In this document: in pieces, positions 16,150 through 26,131 of the stretch
Layout: every line of letters begins with the position of its first letter
Position numbering within the stretch: position 1 is the stretch's first letter
Sequence record: SRR31156797_927
Reading direction: 5' to 3' (one strand)
Length of the DNA stretch: 35,221 nt
Program-made: the position numbers and the translations under genes
The notes under the pieces: generated by a model
The model's input: the letters and a program-made list of their open reading frames with translations, nothing else
Database searches by the model: none
Told to the model about the DNA's origin: nothing

Positions 16150-16794
16150 GTGGGCATAGCGGAGAGGAGAGAGCGTGAGCGTGATCTTCAGCAAAAGATG
16201 CGCCGCGGGCAGATCCTGGATGCCGCGAAACGGCTCTTTTATGCAAAAGGATTCAGCTCCGCAACCATGGAGGATATTGCTCAAGAGGCGGAATTAAGCC
16301 CGGCTGCATTATATCTCTATTTCAAAAATAAAGACGATCTCTATGTTTCCCTCAACCTTCAGCTTTTAGAGTACCTCTCTGATAAACTGGAAAGGCTTTT
16401 TCTGCAGGAAAGCCTTGATGCGGAAGAAAAGGTTGAAGCCTTAAAAGGCCTCTTTTACGATGTCTACAATTTCGACCCGCTGATTCTCATAAACCTGTTT
16501 CACCTCCAGGCCAGCGATGGCCTCAAAAACCTGCCTCCCCACCGGCTTTCCCAGTTAAATGAATTGGCAGGCAAGAGCCTCAGAAGCCTTGCCGCCATAT
16601 TTGATCAGGGAAAGGGGGAAGGGCGTTACATGGACTACCATTCCACCGCCCTCGCCGACATTGTCTGGATCATCTTTACGGGTGCGGTTCTATGGGAGGA
16701 GAGCAAACGGATGACAAACCCCCGTAAGGATTATCTGAAAGGCACCCTGGATCTTGCAATCGATATTTTGAAACGGGGCATAAGGAAGGGATAA
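16150..16794 (+). CDS. TetR/AcrR-family transcriptional regulator
   Basis: ILDAAKRLFYAKGFSSATMEDIAQEAELSPAALYLYFKNKDDL; GTG start with RBS. Confidence 0.95.
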   Translation: MGIAERRERERDLQQKMRRGQILDAAKRLFYAKGFSSATMEDIAQEAELSPAALYLYFKNKDDLYVSLNLQLLEYLSDKLERLFLQESLDAEEKVEALKGLFYDVYNFDPLILINLFHLQASDGLKNLPPHRLSQLNELAGKSLRSLAAIFDQGKGEGRYMDYHSTALADIVWIIFTGAVLWEESKRMTNPRKDYLKGTLDLAIDILKRGIRKG

Positions 16795-16857
16795 CATTCA
16801 TAACAACCGGATCATACAAAAGGATTAGTAAAAAACACGGAGGTTAACCATTAGTAA

Positions 16858-17685
16858 ATGGAAAATATGTTGAACAACAAGGTTGCCATCATAACAGGAT
16901 CGGGAAGGGGCATTGGACGCGCCGTCGCGCTCATGTTCGCCCGGGAAGGGGCCAGCGTTGTGGTGAGCGATATTGATGCGGAGCCGGCTGAACGGACGGT
17001 GGCGGACATCAAGGCGGCAGGTGGAGACGCCGTAACATACCTTGGGGATGTCACCGATCCCGATTTCGCCAAAGGCATTGTGGGGGCTGCGGCCGATATG
17101 TGGGGAGCAGTGCATATTATCGTAAACAACGCGGGCTTCACGTGGGATGCTCTGGTTCACAAAATGACCGAGGAACATTGGGACAAGATTCTGGATCTGC
17201 ACCTCAAAGCGCCATTCCGCATTATCCAGGCGGCCAAACCGTATTTTTGCGACGAGGCCAAGCGGGAAAAAAAGCGGGGGGAAAAGGTCTCGCGGAAAAT
17301 AATCAATATTTCCTCCATGGCGGGCCTCGGCGGAAATCCGGGCCAGGCCAACTATTCTTCAGCCAAAGCCGGCCTCGTGGGCTTGACCAAGACCATCAGC
17401 AAGGAATGGGCCCGGTATGATGTTCAGTGCAATTGCGTGGCTTTCGGATTCATCGACACCCGCCTTACGCAAGAAAAGGAAATGGGCCTCAAAGTGAAAA
17501 CAAAAGACCAAGAGATAGCCCTCGGGGTCCCCAGAAGGCAACGGGACATGTTCATAAAAATGATTCCCATGGGTAGACCCGGCACCGCGGAAGAAGCGGC
17601 GGGAACGATTCTTTTCTTTGCATCACCCTTGTCGGACTACGTTTCAGGTCAGGTTCTGGTGGTCGGGGGCGGGTTCTCAATGTAG
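16858..17685 (+). CDS. SDR-family 3-hydroxyacyl-CoA dehydrogenase/3-oxoacyl reductase
   Basis: TGSGRGIG; VSDID (acidic, suggests NAD); NNAG; SS; YSSAK. Confidence 0.93.
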   Translation: MENMLNNKVAIITGSGRGIGRAVALMFAREGASVVVSDIDAEPAERTVADIKAAGGDAVTYLGDVTDPDFAKGIVGAAADMWGAVHIIVNNAGFTWDALVHKMTEEHWDKILDLHLKAPFRIIQAAKPYFCDEAKREKKRGEKVSRKIINISSMAGLGGNPGQANYSSAKAGLVGLTKTISKEWARYDVQCNCVAFGFIDTRLTQEKEMGLKVKTKDQEIALGVPRRQRDMFIKMIPMGRPGTAEEAAGTILFFASPLSDYVSGQVLVVGGGFSM

Positions 17686-17721
17686 CCGGACCCCATGTGT
17701 CCCGGATCAAGGAGAAACAAA

Positions 17722-18561
17722 ATGACACTCAATCTTCATATGGTTGGGGAAAAGATGGGCCCCGTTCCGTTCACGTACGACGAGGACAGGGTCATTCTGT
17801 ATGCCTTGGGTATAGGGGCGGGCGTGGAGGAACTTAATTTCGTCTACGAGAAGAACCTGGCTGTTTTTCCGACCTTTGCCGTGGTTCCTTACATCCCTTC
17901 GCTTCTCGGTTCCTTCGTTCCCCGGGTAAACCTCAATTTACTTGCCGTTCTTCACGGCGAACAGAAAATAGTGCTGCACAAACCCATCCCTAACTCAGGG
18001 ACGATCCATACCACCACCCGGTGGGATTCCGTTTATGACAAGGGCGATAAGGGCGCAATGCTCAATATCAGTTTTAAGACCCGGAACGAAAATGGCGACC
18101 TGCTTTTCGAGAACCGGGCCGTCGTCGTGGACCGCAGTGCAGGCAATTTCGGTGGGGACAGGGGTCCCAAGTCGGAGATCGTCGTCCCTCCCGGGGGAAA
18201 GGAGCCCGACTTTTGTGTGGAATATGTCACCAGCCGGGATCAGTGCGCGCTCTACAGACTCAGCGGCGATAAAAACCCCCTTCACATCGATCCTGAATTT
18301 GCCGCAAAAGGCGGCTTCGATCGCCCCATCCTGCACGGTCTCTGCTCCTTCGGCTTCGCGGGGAGGGCCATACTTCACAGCGTCTGCGGGAGTGATCCGG
18401 CCCGTTTTAAATCCTTTTCAGTGCGGTTCATGAATGTGGTTTACCCCGGAGAAACCCTGATTACCGAGGGATGGAAGACGGATACGGGGACCTATATTAT
18501 TCAAACCAGGACCCGGGACGGCAGGGTCATTCTGGGTAATGCCGTGGCGGAGGTGGGTTAA
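17722..18561 (+). CDS. Double-hotdog enoyl-CoA hydratase 2 (MFE-2 hydratase-like)
   Basis: AAGGAG RBS; ILYALGIG; PTFAV; LHGEQ; YRLSGDKNPLHIDP.FA..GGFDRPILHGLC. Confidence 0.93.
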   Translation: MTLNLHMVGEKMGPVPFTYDEDRVILYALGIGAGVEELNFVYEKNLAVFPTFAVVPYIPSLLGSFVPRVNLNLLAVLHGEQKIVLHKPIPNSGTIHTTTRWDSVYDKGDKGAMLNISFKTRNENGDLLFENRAVVVDRSAGNFGGDRGPKSEIVVPPGGKEPDFCVEYVTSRDQCALYRLSGDKNPLHIDPEFAAKGGFDRPILHGLCSFGFAGRAILHSVCGSDPARFKSFSVRFMNVVYPGETLITEGWKTDTGTYIIQTRTRDGRVILGNAVAEVG

Positions 18562-18621
18562 AGGCGCCTTTAGCGCAAGCTTTTTTGGGCTGATGTTGCA
18601 ACCAAAAAGGAGGGGAATCAA

Positions 18622-19767
18622 TTGAACCGCAACATTTACAGGGAAGAACACGAAATTTTCAGGGATGCTTTTCGGAAATACGTCCACAATGAAGTGGGGC
18701 CGTATATTGAAGAATGGGAAGAGAAGGGCGCGGTCCCCCGTGGAGCCTGGCGGAGCATGGGGGAGCAGGGATTTCTCTGCCCCTGGCTTGAAGAACAGTA
18801 TGGTGGATCGGACGTCGGTTTCGAATATTCGGTCATCATCATCGAAGAACTCAGCCGCATCAGAGCGGATGGATTCCAGGTGGCGCTTCATAGTGATATC
18901 ATTGCCCCTTACATCGACGCTTTTGGGAGTGAAACCCAGAAAAAACGGTGGCTTCCGGGATGTGCTACCGGCGATACCCTATTGGCCGTCGCCATGACGG
19001 AACCGGGGACGGGATCCGATCTTCAAGCCATGCGCACAAAGGCTGTGAAAGATGGTGATTCCTATGTCATCAGCGGTCAGAAAACCTTTATTTCCAATGG
19101 CGTCTCCTGCGATCTGGTGATTGTGGCCTGTAAAACGGACCCAGAGGCCGTGCCGCCCCACAAAGGGATGAGCCTGTTGTTGGTGGAGGCCGGTTCACCC
19201 GGCTTTACAAAGGGAAAAAAGCTCAAAAAGATGGGTCTCTATTGTGCGGATACGGCTGAACTATATTTCGAGGAATGCCGTGTTCCCAAAGAGAACCTGC
19301 TGGGTGAAGAGGGGAGCGGTTTTGGCTACCTGATGCGGAAATTGCAGCAGGAGCGCCTCGTATGCGCCATCCAGGCTCAGGTGGCTGCCGAAACCATGCT
19401 GGATCTTACCCTTCAATACGCCAAAGAACGGGAGGCTTTCGGAAAACCGATCAGCCGGTTTCAACACAACACCTTTAAACTTGTTGACATGGCCACCGAG
19501 GTGGAACTGGGCCGGACCTTTATCGATGATCTTGTGGCCGACCACATGGAGGGAAAAAATGTCACCCGGAAGGTCTCCATGGCCAAATGGTGGGTTGCGG
19601 AAATGGCCAATCGCGTGGCCTATGACTGTGTTCAGCTTCACGGTGGTTACGGCTACATGGAAGAATACCCCATATGCCGATGGTATCGGGATATTCGGGC
19701 CGCAAGCATTTATGCCGGCACAACCGAGATCATGAAAACCATCATTGCCAAGGATCTGGGGCTTTAG
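18622..19767 (+). CDS. Acyl-CoA dehydrogenase (LCAD-type catalytic Glu)
   Basis: TTG start after AAGGAGG; AMTEPGTGSD; LQQERL carries the Glu while IYAGTTE lacks the MCAD Glu; QLHGGYGY. Confidence 0.95.
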   Translation: MNRNIYREEHEIFRDAFRKYVHNEVGPYIEEWEEKGAVPRGAWRSMGEQGFLCPWLEEQYGGSDVGFEYSVIIIEELSRIRADGFQVALHSDIIAPYIDAFGSETQKKRWLPGCATGDTLLAVAMTEPGTGSDLQAMRTKAVKDGDSYVISGQKTFISNGVSCDLVIVACKTDPEAVPPHKGMSLLLVEAGSPGFTKGKKLKKMGLYCADTAELYFEECRVPKENLLGEEGSGFGYLMRKLQQERLVCAIQAQVAAETMLDLTLQYAKEREAFGKPISRFQHNTFKLVDMATEVELGRTFIDDLVADHMEGKNVTRKVSMAKWWVAEMANRVAYDCVQLHGGYGYMEEYPICRWYRDIRAASIYAGTTEIMKTIIAKDLGL

Positions 19768-19795
19768 CCTTTGGTAGTGGGAGGGGGGAGAAAAC

Positions 19796-21244
19796 ATGTG
19801 GGGAATCGTTTCATACGGTGCCTATATACCGAAATACAGGATAGACCGAAAACTGATTTACAGGGCCATGGGATGGCTCAATCCCGCGACTTTTATGCCG
19901 GGGGAGAAGGCCGTGGCCAACTGCGATGAGGACAGCGTTACCATGGCGGTGGCGGCGGGGGTTGATTGCCTGACGGGAATCGACCGGGAAAAAGTGGATG
20001 CCGTCTTTTTTGCCACCACAACACCCCCTTACGTGGAACGGCAGAATGCCGAGATCATGGCAACCGCCCTTGATTGTCGCAGGGATATCCGAACCGCCGA
20101 TTTTACCGATGCGCTCAAGGGGGGGACCACGGCCGTCCTTTCCGCCATGGATGCGGTCAAAGCCGGATCCCTTAAAAACCTGCTGGTGTGCGCCGGCGAT
20201 ATGCGGATCGGCAAGGCCGGGAGCCCCCAGGAAGAAATATTCGGGGACGGCGCGGCAGCGCTGCTGTTGGGAGATAAAAACGTTGTCGCCCAATTTGTCG
20301 ATTCATTTTCGGTCTCCCACGATTTTGTGGATCACTGGCGGGGCTCAGGGAAAAAATTCGACCGGCAGTGGGAAGACAGATTCATCAGGGATGAGGGGTA
20401 TACCCGGTTCATCGTGGAAGCCATGGAGGGTTTGGAAAAAGGATGCGGCGTCAAATCGAGTACGTTTTCGCGCGTTGTTTATCCATGCCTGTACGCGGCC
20501 GACTTCAAGAAGATCTCGCGGATCTTGGGGCTTTCCGAATCCCGGTTGGTAGCGCCCCTCCTTGACCGGGTCGGTTACACGGGCGCAGCGGACCCCCTGT
20601 TGCATCTGGTGAGGGCTTTGGAAGAGGCAAAACCGGGGGATCGGATCGCCGTGGTCGGCTACGGCGCCGGGGCCGATGCCCTTTTATTCGAGGTCACGGG
20701 CGGGATCGAAAAAATCAGTGCCAAACGGCGAGGCGTCCGTAAGCACCTTAAAAGAAGAGAAGAATTGAAAAGCTACGAGAAGATGGTTGCCTTTAGAGAC
20801 CTGCTCCCCACGGAAAAGGGTATCCGGGGCGATACGGTCGCTTTTACACCATTTTCAGCCCTGTGGAGAAACCGAAAAGAGGTCTTGGGCCTCTATGGCA
20901 GCCGCTGTAAAACATGCGGTACACCCCAGTATCCCGTCCAGAGGATATGCGTTAACCCTCATTGCGGCGCCGTTGATGAGATGACGCCATACCGTTTTTC
21001 AGATAAAAAAGGGTCCCTGTTCACCTACACGGGAGACAACCTGGCTTTCAGTCTCAATCCGCCCGCCATCTACGGCATCGTCGATTTTGAAGGGGGCGGC
21101 CGGTTCTGGTTCGATTTGACCGATGTGGATTTGGAGGAGGTAACGGTGGACATGCCGGTGGAGATGAGCTTCAGGAAAAAATATGTGGATGAAACGTCGG
21201 GGATCCACGGTTATTTCTGGAAAGCGACGTCGGTGACGGCATAA
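19796..21244 (+). CDS. HMG-CoA-synthase-like (condensing fold) domain fused to a DUF35 Zn-ribbon/OB-fold
   Basis: GIVSYGAYIP.YRI; DEDSVTMA; GDGAAALL; VGYGAGAD; C-terminal CKTC..QYP..RICVNPHC and DMPVEMSFRK...YFWKA. Confidence 0.88.
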   Translation: MWGIVSYGAYIPKYRIDRKLIYRAMGWLNPATFMPGEKAVANCDEDSVTMAVAAGVDCLTGIDREKVDAVFFATTTPPYVERQNAEIMATALDCRRDIRTADFTDALKGGTTAVLSAMDAVKAGSLKNLLVCAGDMRIGKAGSPQEEIFGDGAAALLLGDKNVVAQFVDSFSVSHDFVDHWRGSGKKFDRQWEDRFIRDEGYTRFIVEAMEGLEKGCGVKSSTFSRVVYPCLYAADFKKISRILGLSESRLVAPLLDRVGYTGAADPLLHLVRALEEAKPGDRIAVVGYGAGADALLFEVTGGIEKISAKRRGVRKHLKRREELKSYEKMVAFRDLLPTEKGIRGDTVAFTPFSALWRNRKEVLGLYGSRCKTCGTPQYPVQRICVNPHCGAVDEMTPYRFSDKKGSLFTYTGDNLAFSLNPPAIYGIVDFEGGGRFWFDLTDVDLEEVTVDMPVEMSFRKKYVDETSGIHGYFWKATSVTA

Positions 21245-21298
21245 TCCTGGGCTACGAACCCCGGACCACCCGGAGTGTGTTGAGAGGAGGACGCAATA

Positions 21299-22495
21299 AT
21301 GGCGGAAGGGATAAAAAATAAAGTTGCCATCATCGGGATGGGCTGTACCCGGTTCGGGGAGCGCTGGGAAGCCGGAGCGGAAGATCTGATGGTGGAGGCT
21401 TTCCAAGAAGCCCTTGGGGATGCGGGGATAGAAAAAAAAGAGATTGAGGCCGCCTGGTTCGGTTCATGTTTTGATGAAGTCAATGTGGGAAAGGCCGCCA
21501 CACCCTTGAGTCTTGCCCTGAAACTCCCCTTTCTCCCGGTCACCCGGGTGGAGAATTTCTGCGCCACGGGGTCGGAGGCCCTGCGGGGGGCGGTCTATGC
21601 CGTGGCATCAGGCGCCTACGATATATGTCTTGCCCTGGGGTCTGAAAAACTCAAAGACACCGGATACGGGGGGCTCCCGGATTTTTCCCAGGTTCTGGGA
21701 ACCAGAAATCGTCTGATCATGCCGAATATCAGCGCTCCGGGCGGCTTTGCCATGATGGCGACCCGGTATTTCGCAAAGTACCATCTGGGCCCGGATGAAG
21801 GGAAGGAGATCCTTGCCATGGTGTCGGCCAAGAGCCATGAAAACGGTGCCGGGAACCCGAAAGCCCACCTTCGAAAGAAAGTATCCGTTGAGAAAATATT
21901 GAAGGCCCCCATGATCGCCTGGCCCCTCGGCCTTTTCGACTGCTGCGGGGTGAGTGACGGCGCCGCCGCGGCCATCGTTTGCCGGGCCGATCTCGCAAAG
22001 AGCTTCCGTCCGGATCCGGTCTATGTCAAGGCCATGCAGATTGCCCTCAGCTCCGGGGAGGAACTCATGTACACGGACTGGGACGGAACTTATGTGAAAA
22101 CCGCCGTCAAGTGCGCCGCCCGGGCCTATGATGAGGCCGGCATAAAGAATCCCAGAGAAGAGATCAGCATGATGGAGGTTCATGATTGCTTCTCCATCAC
22201 GGAGCTGGTAACCTATGAGGATCTCGGGATCTCCCCGCGCGGGAAGGCCGGGGATGACGTTCGCGACGGTTTTTTCAACCGCGACGGCAAGATCCCGTGC
22301 CAGCCGGACGGGGGGCTAAAATGCTTCGGACATCCCATCGGTGCATCAGGCCTTCGGATGATGTATGAAATGTACAAGCAACTTCAGGGCCGGGCCGGAG
22401 AAAGGCAGATTGACAATCCGACTTTGGGCCTCACGCACAACATGGGTGGATTCCCCCCCATGAATCTTATCAGCATCAATGTCGTAGGACTCTGA
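21299..22495 (+). CDS. SCP2/SCPx-type thiolase
   Basis: RVENFCATG; DCC.VSDGAAA; EVHDCF; GGL..FGHPIGASG; HNMGG. Confidence 0.93.
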   Translation: MAEGIKNKVAIIGMGCTRFGERWEAGAEDLMVEAFQEALGDAGIEKKEIEAAWFGSCFDEVNVGKAATPLSLALKLPFLPVTRVENFCATGSEALRGAVYAVASGAYDICLALGSEKLKDTGYGGLPDFSQVLGTRNRLIMPNISAPGGFAMMATRYFAKYHLGPDEGKEILAMVSAKSHENGAGNPKAHLRKKVSVEKILKAPMIAWPLGLFDCCGVSDGAAAAIVCRADLAKSFRPDPVYVKAMQIALSSGEELMYTDWDGTYVKTAVKCAARAYDEAGIKNPREEISMMEVHDCFSITELVTYEDLGISPRGKAGDDVRDGFFNRDGKIPCQPDGGLKCFGHPIGASGLRMMYEMYKQLQGRAGERQIDNPTLGLTHNMGGFPPMNLISINVVGL

Positions 22496-22512
22496 AAAAC
22501 GAATCTGAACAC

Positions 22513-22590
22513 AACAGCCAACGCTGAACCTCGAAACCCTTGAGCACCTGCAAAAAACCGTAACCTGTGAACCGGCAACCGGAAACCGAC
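22513..22590 (+). repeat. Degenerate 7-bp tandem repeats (AACCnnn)
   Basis: AACAGCC-AACGCTG-AACCTCG (22513-22533) and AACCGTA-ACCTGTG-AACCGGC-AACCGGA-AACCGAC (22556-22590). Confidence 0.55.
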
Positions 22591-22610
22591 CGCCGTGCGA
22601 AAGGAAACAG

Positions 22611-23480
22611 TTGGAATTTCTGCAAGTTCTGATTACGGGATTGGGACAGGGGTGCCTTTACGGCCTTATCGCCCTGGGGTTTGTTTTGATCTACAAGGCA
22701 ACGGAGATTGTAAACTTCGCCCAAGGGGATTTGTTAATGCTGGGCGCCTTTTTCGCCGTGACCTATGTGGGGATTCTTGACCTGCCCTTTTGGCTCGGCT
22801 TCCTGTTGGCAATCATTTCCATGGCCGTTTTCGGCTATCTGCTGGATATGTTGCTGGTTCGCTCCATGATCGGCGAATCTCCGTTCTCCATCATCATCTT
22901 GACCATCAGCATCGGTTTTATCTTGCGCGCGGCCGCCGGGGGGATCTGGGGTTGGGACATCCTTTCCCTGGAAACACCCTACTCCGGAAAAATGGCCCAC
23001 ATCGCCGGCCTGGTCATCAGTCAGGAGTATCTTGTGGTCATCGCCGGAACGGTTATCCTTTCCGTCATACTGTTTCTATTCTTCAAATTTTCCAGCCTGG
23101 GAATCGCCATGCAAGCCGCTTCCCAGAATCAGCTGGCCGCATATTATATGGGGATTCCCGTGAAGAGAATCTTTTCTCTGATCTGGGCCATCAGCGCTCT
23201 GGTGGCGACCGTAGCGGGAACATTAATGGCCCCCATTTCCCTGGTAAGCCCGCAAATGGGTTTCATCGGCATCAAAGCGTTTGCCGCCGCCGTCATCGGC
23301 GGTTTCGGCAGCCTTCCCGGCGCATTGATCGGGGGGTTGATCATCGGCGGTTCCGAGCAGTTGGCCGGGACGTACCTCCCGACCGGGTTTCAGGAAATCA
23401 CGGCGTATTTGATCATGTTTTTGGTATTAACCCTACGTCCACAGGGTCTTTTTGCACAGATTCAACAAAAAAAGGTCTAA
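22611..23480 (+). CDS. livH: Branched-chain amino acid-type ABC permease
   Basis: YGLIALGFVLIYKATEIVNFAQG; KAFAAAVIGGFGS; LRPQGLF. Confidence 0.92.
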   Translation: MEFLQVLITGLGQGCLYGLIALGFVLIYKATEIVNFAQGDLLMLGAFFAVTYVGILDLPFWLGFLLAIISMAVFGYLLDMLLVRSMIGESPFSIIILTISIGFILRAAAGGIWGWDILSLETPYSGKMAHIAGLVISQEYLVVIAGTVILSVILFLFFKFSSLGIAMQAASQNQLAAYYMGIPVKRIFSLIWAISALVATVAGTLMAPISLVSPQMGFIGIKAFAAAVIGGFGSLPGALIGGLIIGGSEQLAGTYLPTGFQEITAYLIMFLVLTLRPQGLFAQIQQKKV

Positions 23481-23486
23481 CAAAAT

Positions 23487-24563
23487 ATGCGAATACTTTT
23501 CAAGACCTCCTATGTTCAAGATATTAAACTCCTGAAACATAACGGGTATTTTTTCTGGTACGGTGTTCTTCTGTTTGCCGTATTTTTGGCGCCCGCGGTA
23601 CTGGATGAATTTTACATCGGTGAAATGGCTTTCATCTTTATCTACGCCATTGCCGGATTGGGGTTGATGATCCCGGTGGGTTTCACGGGGCTTCCCAGTT
23701 TGGGTCATGCCGCCTTTATGGCCGCGGGCGCTTATGCCAATGGTTATTTTTTATGCAAAGGCGTCCCTTTTCTCTTTTCTTTGTTATTGGCCGGCCTCAT
23801 CAGCTTCGGCCTGGGCGCTCTGATAACCATCCCCTTAAGAAGGATGACCGGAATCTACTTCGCCATCGCTTCGCTGGCCTTCGCGATTATCGTGGAAGAG
23901 ATCATTGCCCACTGGAAATCGGTCACGGGGGGCTTGGGCGGCATGTCGGTGGATTATCCCGTCCTTTTTGGATTCGAACTGGACAGTACCCGGGCTTTTT
24001 ATTTCCTCTGTCTGTCGGTCCTACTGTTCGTGTTGTATTGCACCATAAATCTTGTCAGATCCCCCAGCGGCCGAGCATTTATCGCCATTCGCGATTCGGA
24101 AATCTCCGCCGAGAGCATGGGAATCAACCTGTCGGTTTACAAAATCAAGTCATTTGCCATAAGCGGGGGTTTCACGGGCCTGGCGGGTGCTTTGTTTGCC
24201 CACAGACTCTCCTATTTAACGCCGGACGCGTTCAATTTTCTTCTATCCATACAGCTTCTGATGATGGTTGTGGTGGGTGGTCTGGGAACGGTTCACGGGG
24301 CCGTTTTCGGGGCTATTTTCGTAGGACTGCTACCCCAGGCAATCGCCATTGCCAAAGACCATCTGCCACCCGCCATCGGCCAGTTTCCGGGCCTGGAGCC
24401 GGGCCTGTTCGGAATTATCATGGTTTTGTTTATTATTTTTGAGCCCATGGGACTATACGGCGGATGGGTGAAATTCAAACGCTACTTTGAAATGTTTCCA
24501 CTCTACCGTAAAAAAACCTTTAAACGTCAAAAAACATACCTGAAAACGGAGCGTGTGCAATGA
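23487..24563 (+). CDS. livM: Branched-chain amino acid-type ABC permease
   Basis: GFTGLPSLGHAAF; YFAIASLAF; SPSGRAFIAIRD; VVVGGLG. Confidence 0.92.
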   Translation: MRILFKTSYVQDIKLLKHNGYFFWYGVLLFAVFLAPAVLDEFYIGEMAFIFIYAIAGLGLMIPVGFTGLPSLGHAAFMAAGAYANGYFLCKGVPFLFSLLLAGLISFGLGALITIPLRRMTGIYFAIASLAFAIIVEEIIAHWKSVTGGLGGMSVDYPVLFGFELDSTRAFYFLCLSVLLFVLYCTINLVRSPSGRAFIAIRDSEISAESMGINLSVYKIKSFAISGGFTGLAGALFAHRLSYLTPDAFNFLLSIQLLMMVVVGGLGTVHGAVFGAIFVGLLPQAIAIAKDHLPPAIGQFPGLEPGLFGIIMVLFIIFEPMGLYGGWVKFKRYFEMFPLYRKKTFKRQKTYLKTERVQ

Positions 24564-25330
24564 CGTTTTTTAAAGCGGAAAGCCTTTCAATTGATTTTGG
24601 CGGTATCAGGGCCGTGAACAACGTTAGTTTTCATGTGGAAAAGAAAACGGTTTTCACCATTGTGGGACCCAACGGTGCCGGCAAAACAACTATCTTTAAT
24701 ATTATCAGCAGGATTTACAATTTGACCGAAGGCCGGATTACCTTTGAAGATCAAGATATCACCCATTTACCGGCTCACCGGATCGTCAGCCTGGGAATCG
24801 CCAGGACCTTTCAGAATATTGAATTGTTCGAGCATGCCACCGTCCTTCACAATTTGCTGATCGGCCGCCATATTTACTGTCGGTCCTCTTTCTTTTCAGA
24901 TCTGTTTTTCCTTCCATCGGTAAAACGGATGGAATTGAAACATCGAAGGAAAGTTGAAGATGTGATCGATTTCCTTGATTTACAACACTACAGAAATCAA
25001 TTGATCCAAAACCTTCCCTACGGCGTTCGAAAGATTGTTGAGCTGGGGCGGGCCCTCTGTACCGAACCGAAACTCCTCCTGCTGGACGAACCGGCAAGCG
25101 GGTTGAATGTTGATGAAACCGAAGACATGTCATTCTGGATAGACGATATCAAAAAACTTTTGGGCATTACCGTAATTATGGTGGAACATAATATGAATTT
25201 GGTCTCCCGGGTTTCGGATCATGTACTGGCCATAAATTACGGACGGGCCTTAGCGGACGGAACCCCGAAAGAAGTTCAGGCGAATCCCCATGTCATCAAG
25301 GCATACCTGGGAGAAGACAAAGGTGTCTGA
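24560..25330 (+). CDS. livG: ABC transporter ATP-binding protein
   Basis: GPNGAGKTT; GIARTFQN; LPYG; LLLDEP; EHNM. Confidence 0.94.
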   Translation: MTFFKAESLSIDFGGIRAVNNVSFHVEKKTVFTIVGPNGAGKTTIFNIISRIYNLTEGRITFEDQDITHLPAHRIVSLGIARTFQNIELFEHATVLHNLLIGRHIYCRSSFFSDLFFLPSVKRMELKHRRKVEDVIDFLDLQHYRNQLIQNLPYGVRKIVELGRALCTEPKLLLLDEPASGLNVDETEDMSFWIDDIKKLLGITVIMVEHNMNLVSRVSDHVLAINYGRALADGTPKEVQANPHVIKAYLGEDKGV

Positions 25331-26096
25331 CAATATATTAACCTTAAGAAATATCGAGACCTACTATGGTCCCATACTGGCGATTAAGGGTATCAGCCTT
25401 GATGTTAAGATAGGCCAAATTGTCACCATTCTGGGTGCAAACGGTGCGGGTAAAACCACAATTTTGAAAACCATATCCGGCGCCATGGACCCCCAAAAAG
25501 GGAAAATCGAATTCTTGGGAAAAGAGATTCAAAAACGGAATCCGGATTGGGTTGCGCGAAAAGGGATCGCCCATGTTCCCGAGGGGAGAGAGGTCTTCCC
25601 GCTGTTATCAATTCATGAAAACCTGTTGATGGGAGCCTACGGCCGGAAAGATAAAAATAAAATCAATGAGGATTTGGAAATTGTTTATGAATATTTCCCC
25701 ATCTTAAAAGTACGCAACAAACAGAAATCAGGGCTTTTATCGGGAGGGCAACAGCAGATGCTGGTGTTGGGACGGGCCATGATGGCCCGCCCCAAATTGA
25801 TGCTGCTGGACGAGCCTTCCCTTGGACTGTCGCCTCTTTTCGTTCAAGATATTTTCAACATCATCAGGCGGTTAAACACCACGGAGAAAATAACCATGTT
25901 GCTGGTGGAGCAAAATGCCAACATGGCCCTACGGAACGGCAAGTATGGTTATGTATTGGAAAATGGACGAATTGTCATGGAAGATACGTGTGAAAACCTC
26001 ATGGCCAGCGATGATATTAAAGAGTTTTACATGGGGATAAAGGAAGAGGGCGTGCGGGGCGGACGCCGATGGAAAAAACGAAAAACCTGGCGATGA
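25323..26096 (+). CDS. livF: ABC transporter ATP-binding protein
   Basis: Likely GTG start at 25323, overlapping the livG end; GANGAGKTT; VPEGR; LSGGQQQM; DEPSLGLSP; EQNA. Confidence 0.93.
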   Translation: MSDNILTLRNIETYYGPILAIKGISLDVKIGQIVTILGANGAGKTTILKTISGAMDPQKGKIEFLGKEIQKRNPDWVARKGIAHVPEGREVFPLLSIHENLLMGAYGRKDKNKINEDLEIVYEYFPILKVRNKQKSGLLSGGQQQMLVLGRAMMARPKLMLLDEPSLGLSPLFVQDIFNIIRRLNTTEKITMLLVEQNANMALRNGKYGYVLENGRIVMEDTCENLMASDDIKEFYMGIKEEGVRGGRRWKKRKTWR

Positions 26097-26131
26097 TGGA
26101 ATCAACTAAAATCTAAAAAAACGAAAAATCC

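Noticed and set aside
18559-18572. Palindrome TAAAGGCGCCTTTA at the hydratase stop codon
   Set aside because: Isolated, inside an operon and a weak hairpin; not supportable as a terminator or operator.
19796-21244. Mevalonate-pathway HMG-CoA synthase
   Set aside because: Catalytic Cys, Glu and His appear absent; DUF35 fusion; beta-oxidation context.
22790-24442. Alternate-frame ORFs of 245 and 229 aa
   Set aside because: Arg/His-rich off-frame products within livH and livM.
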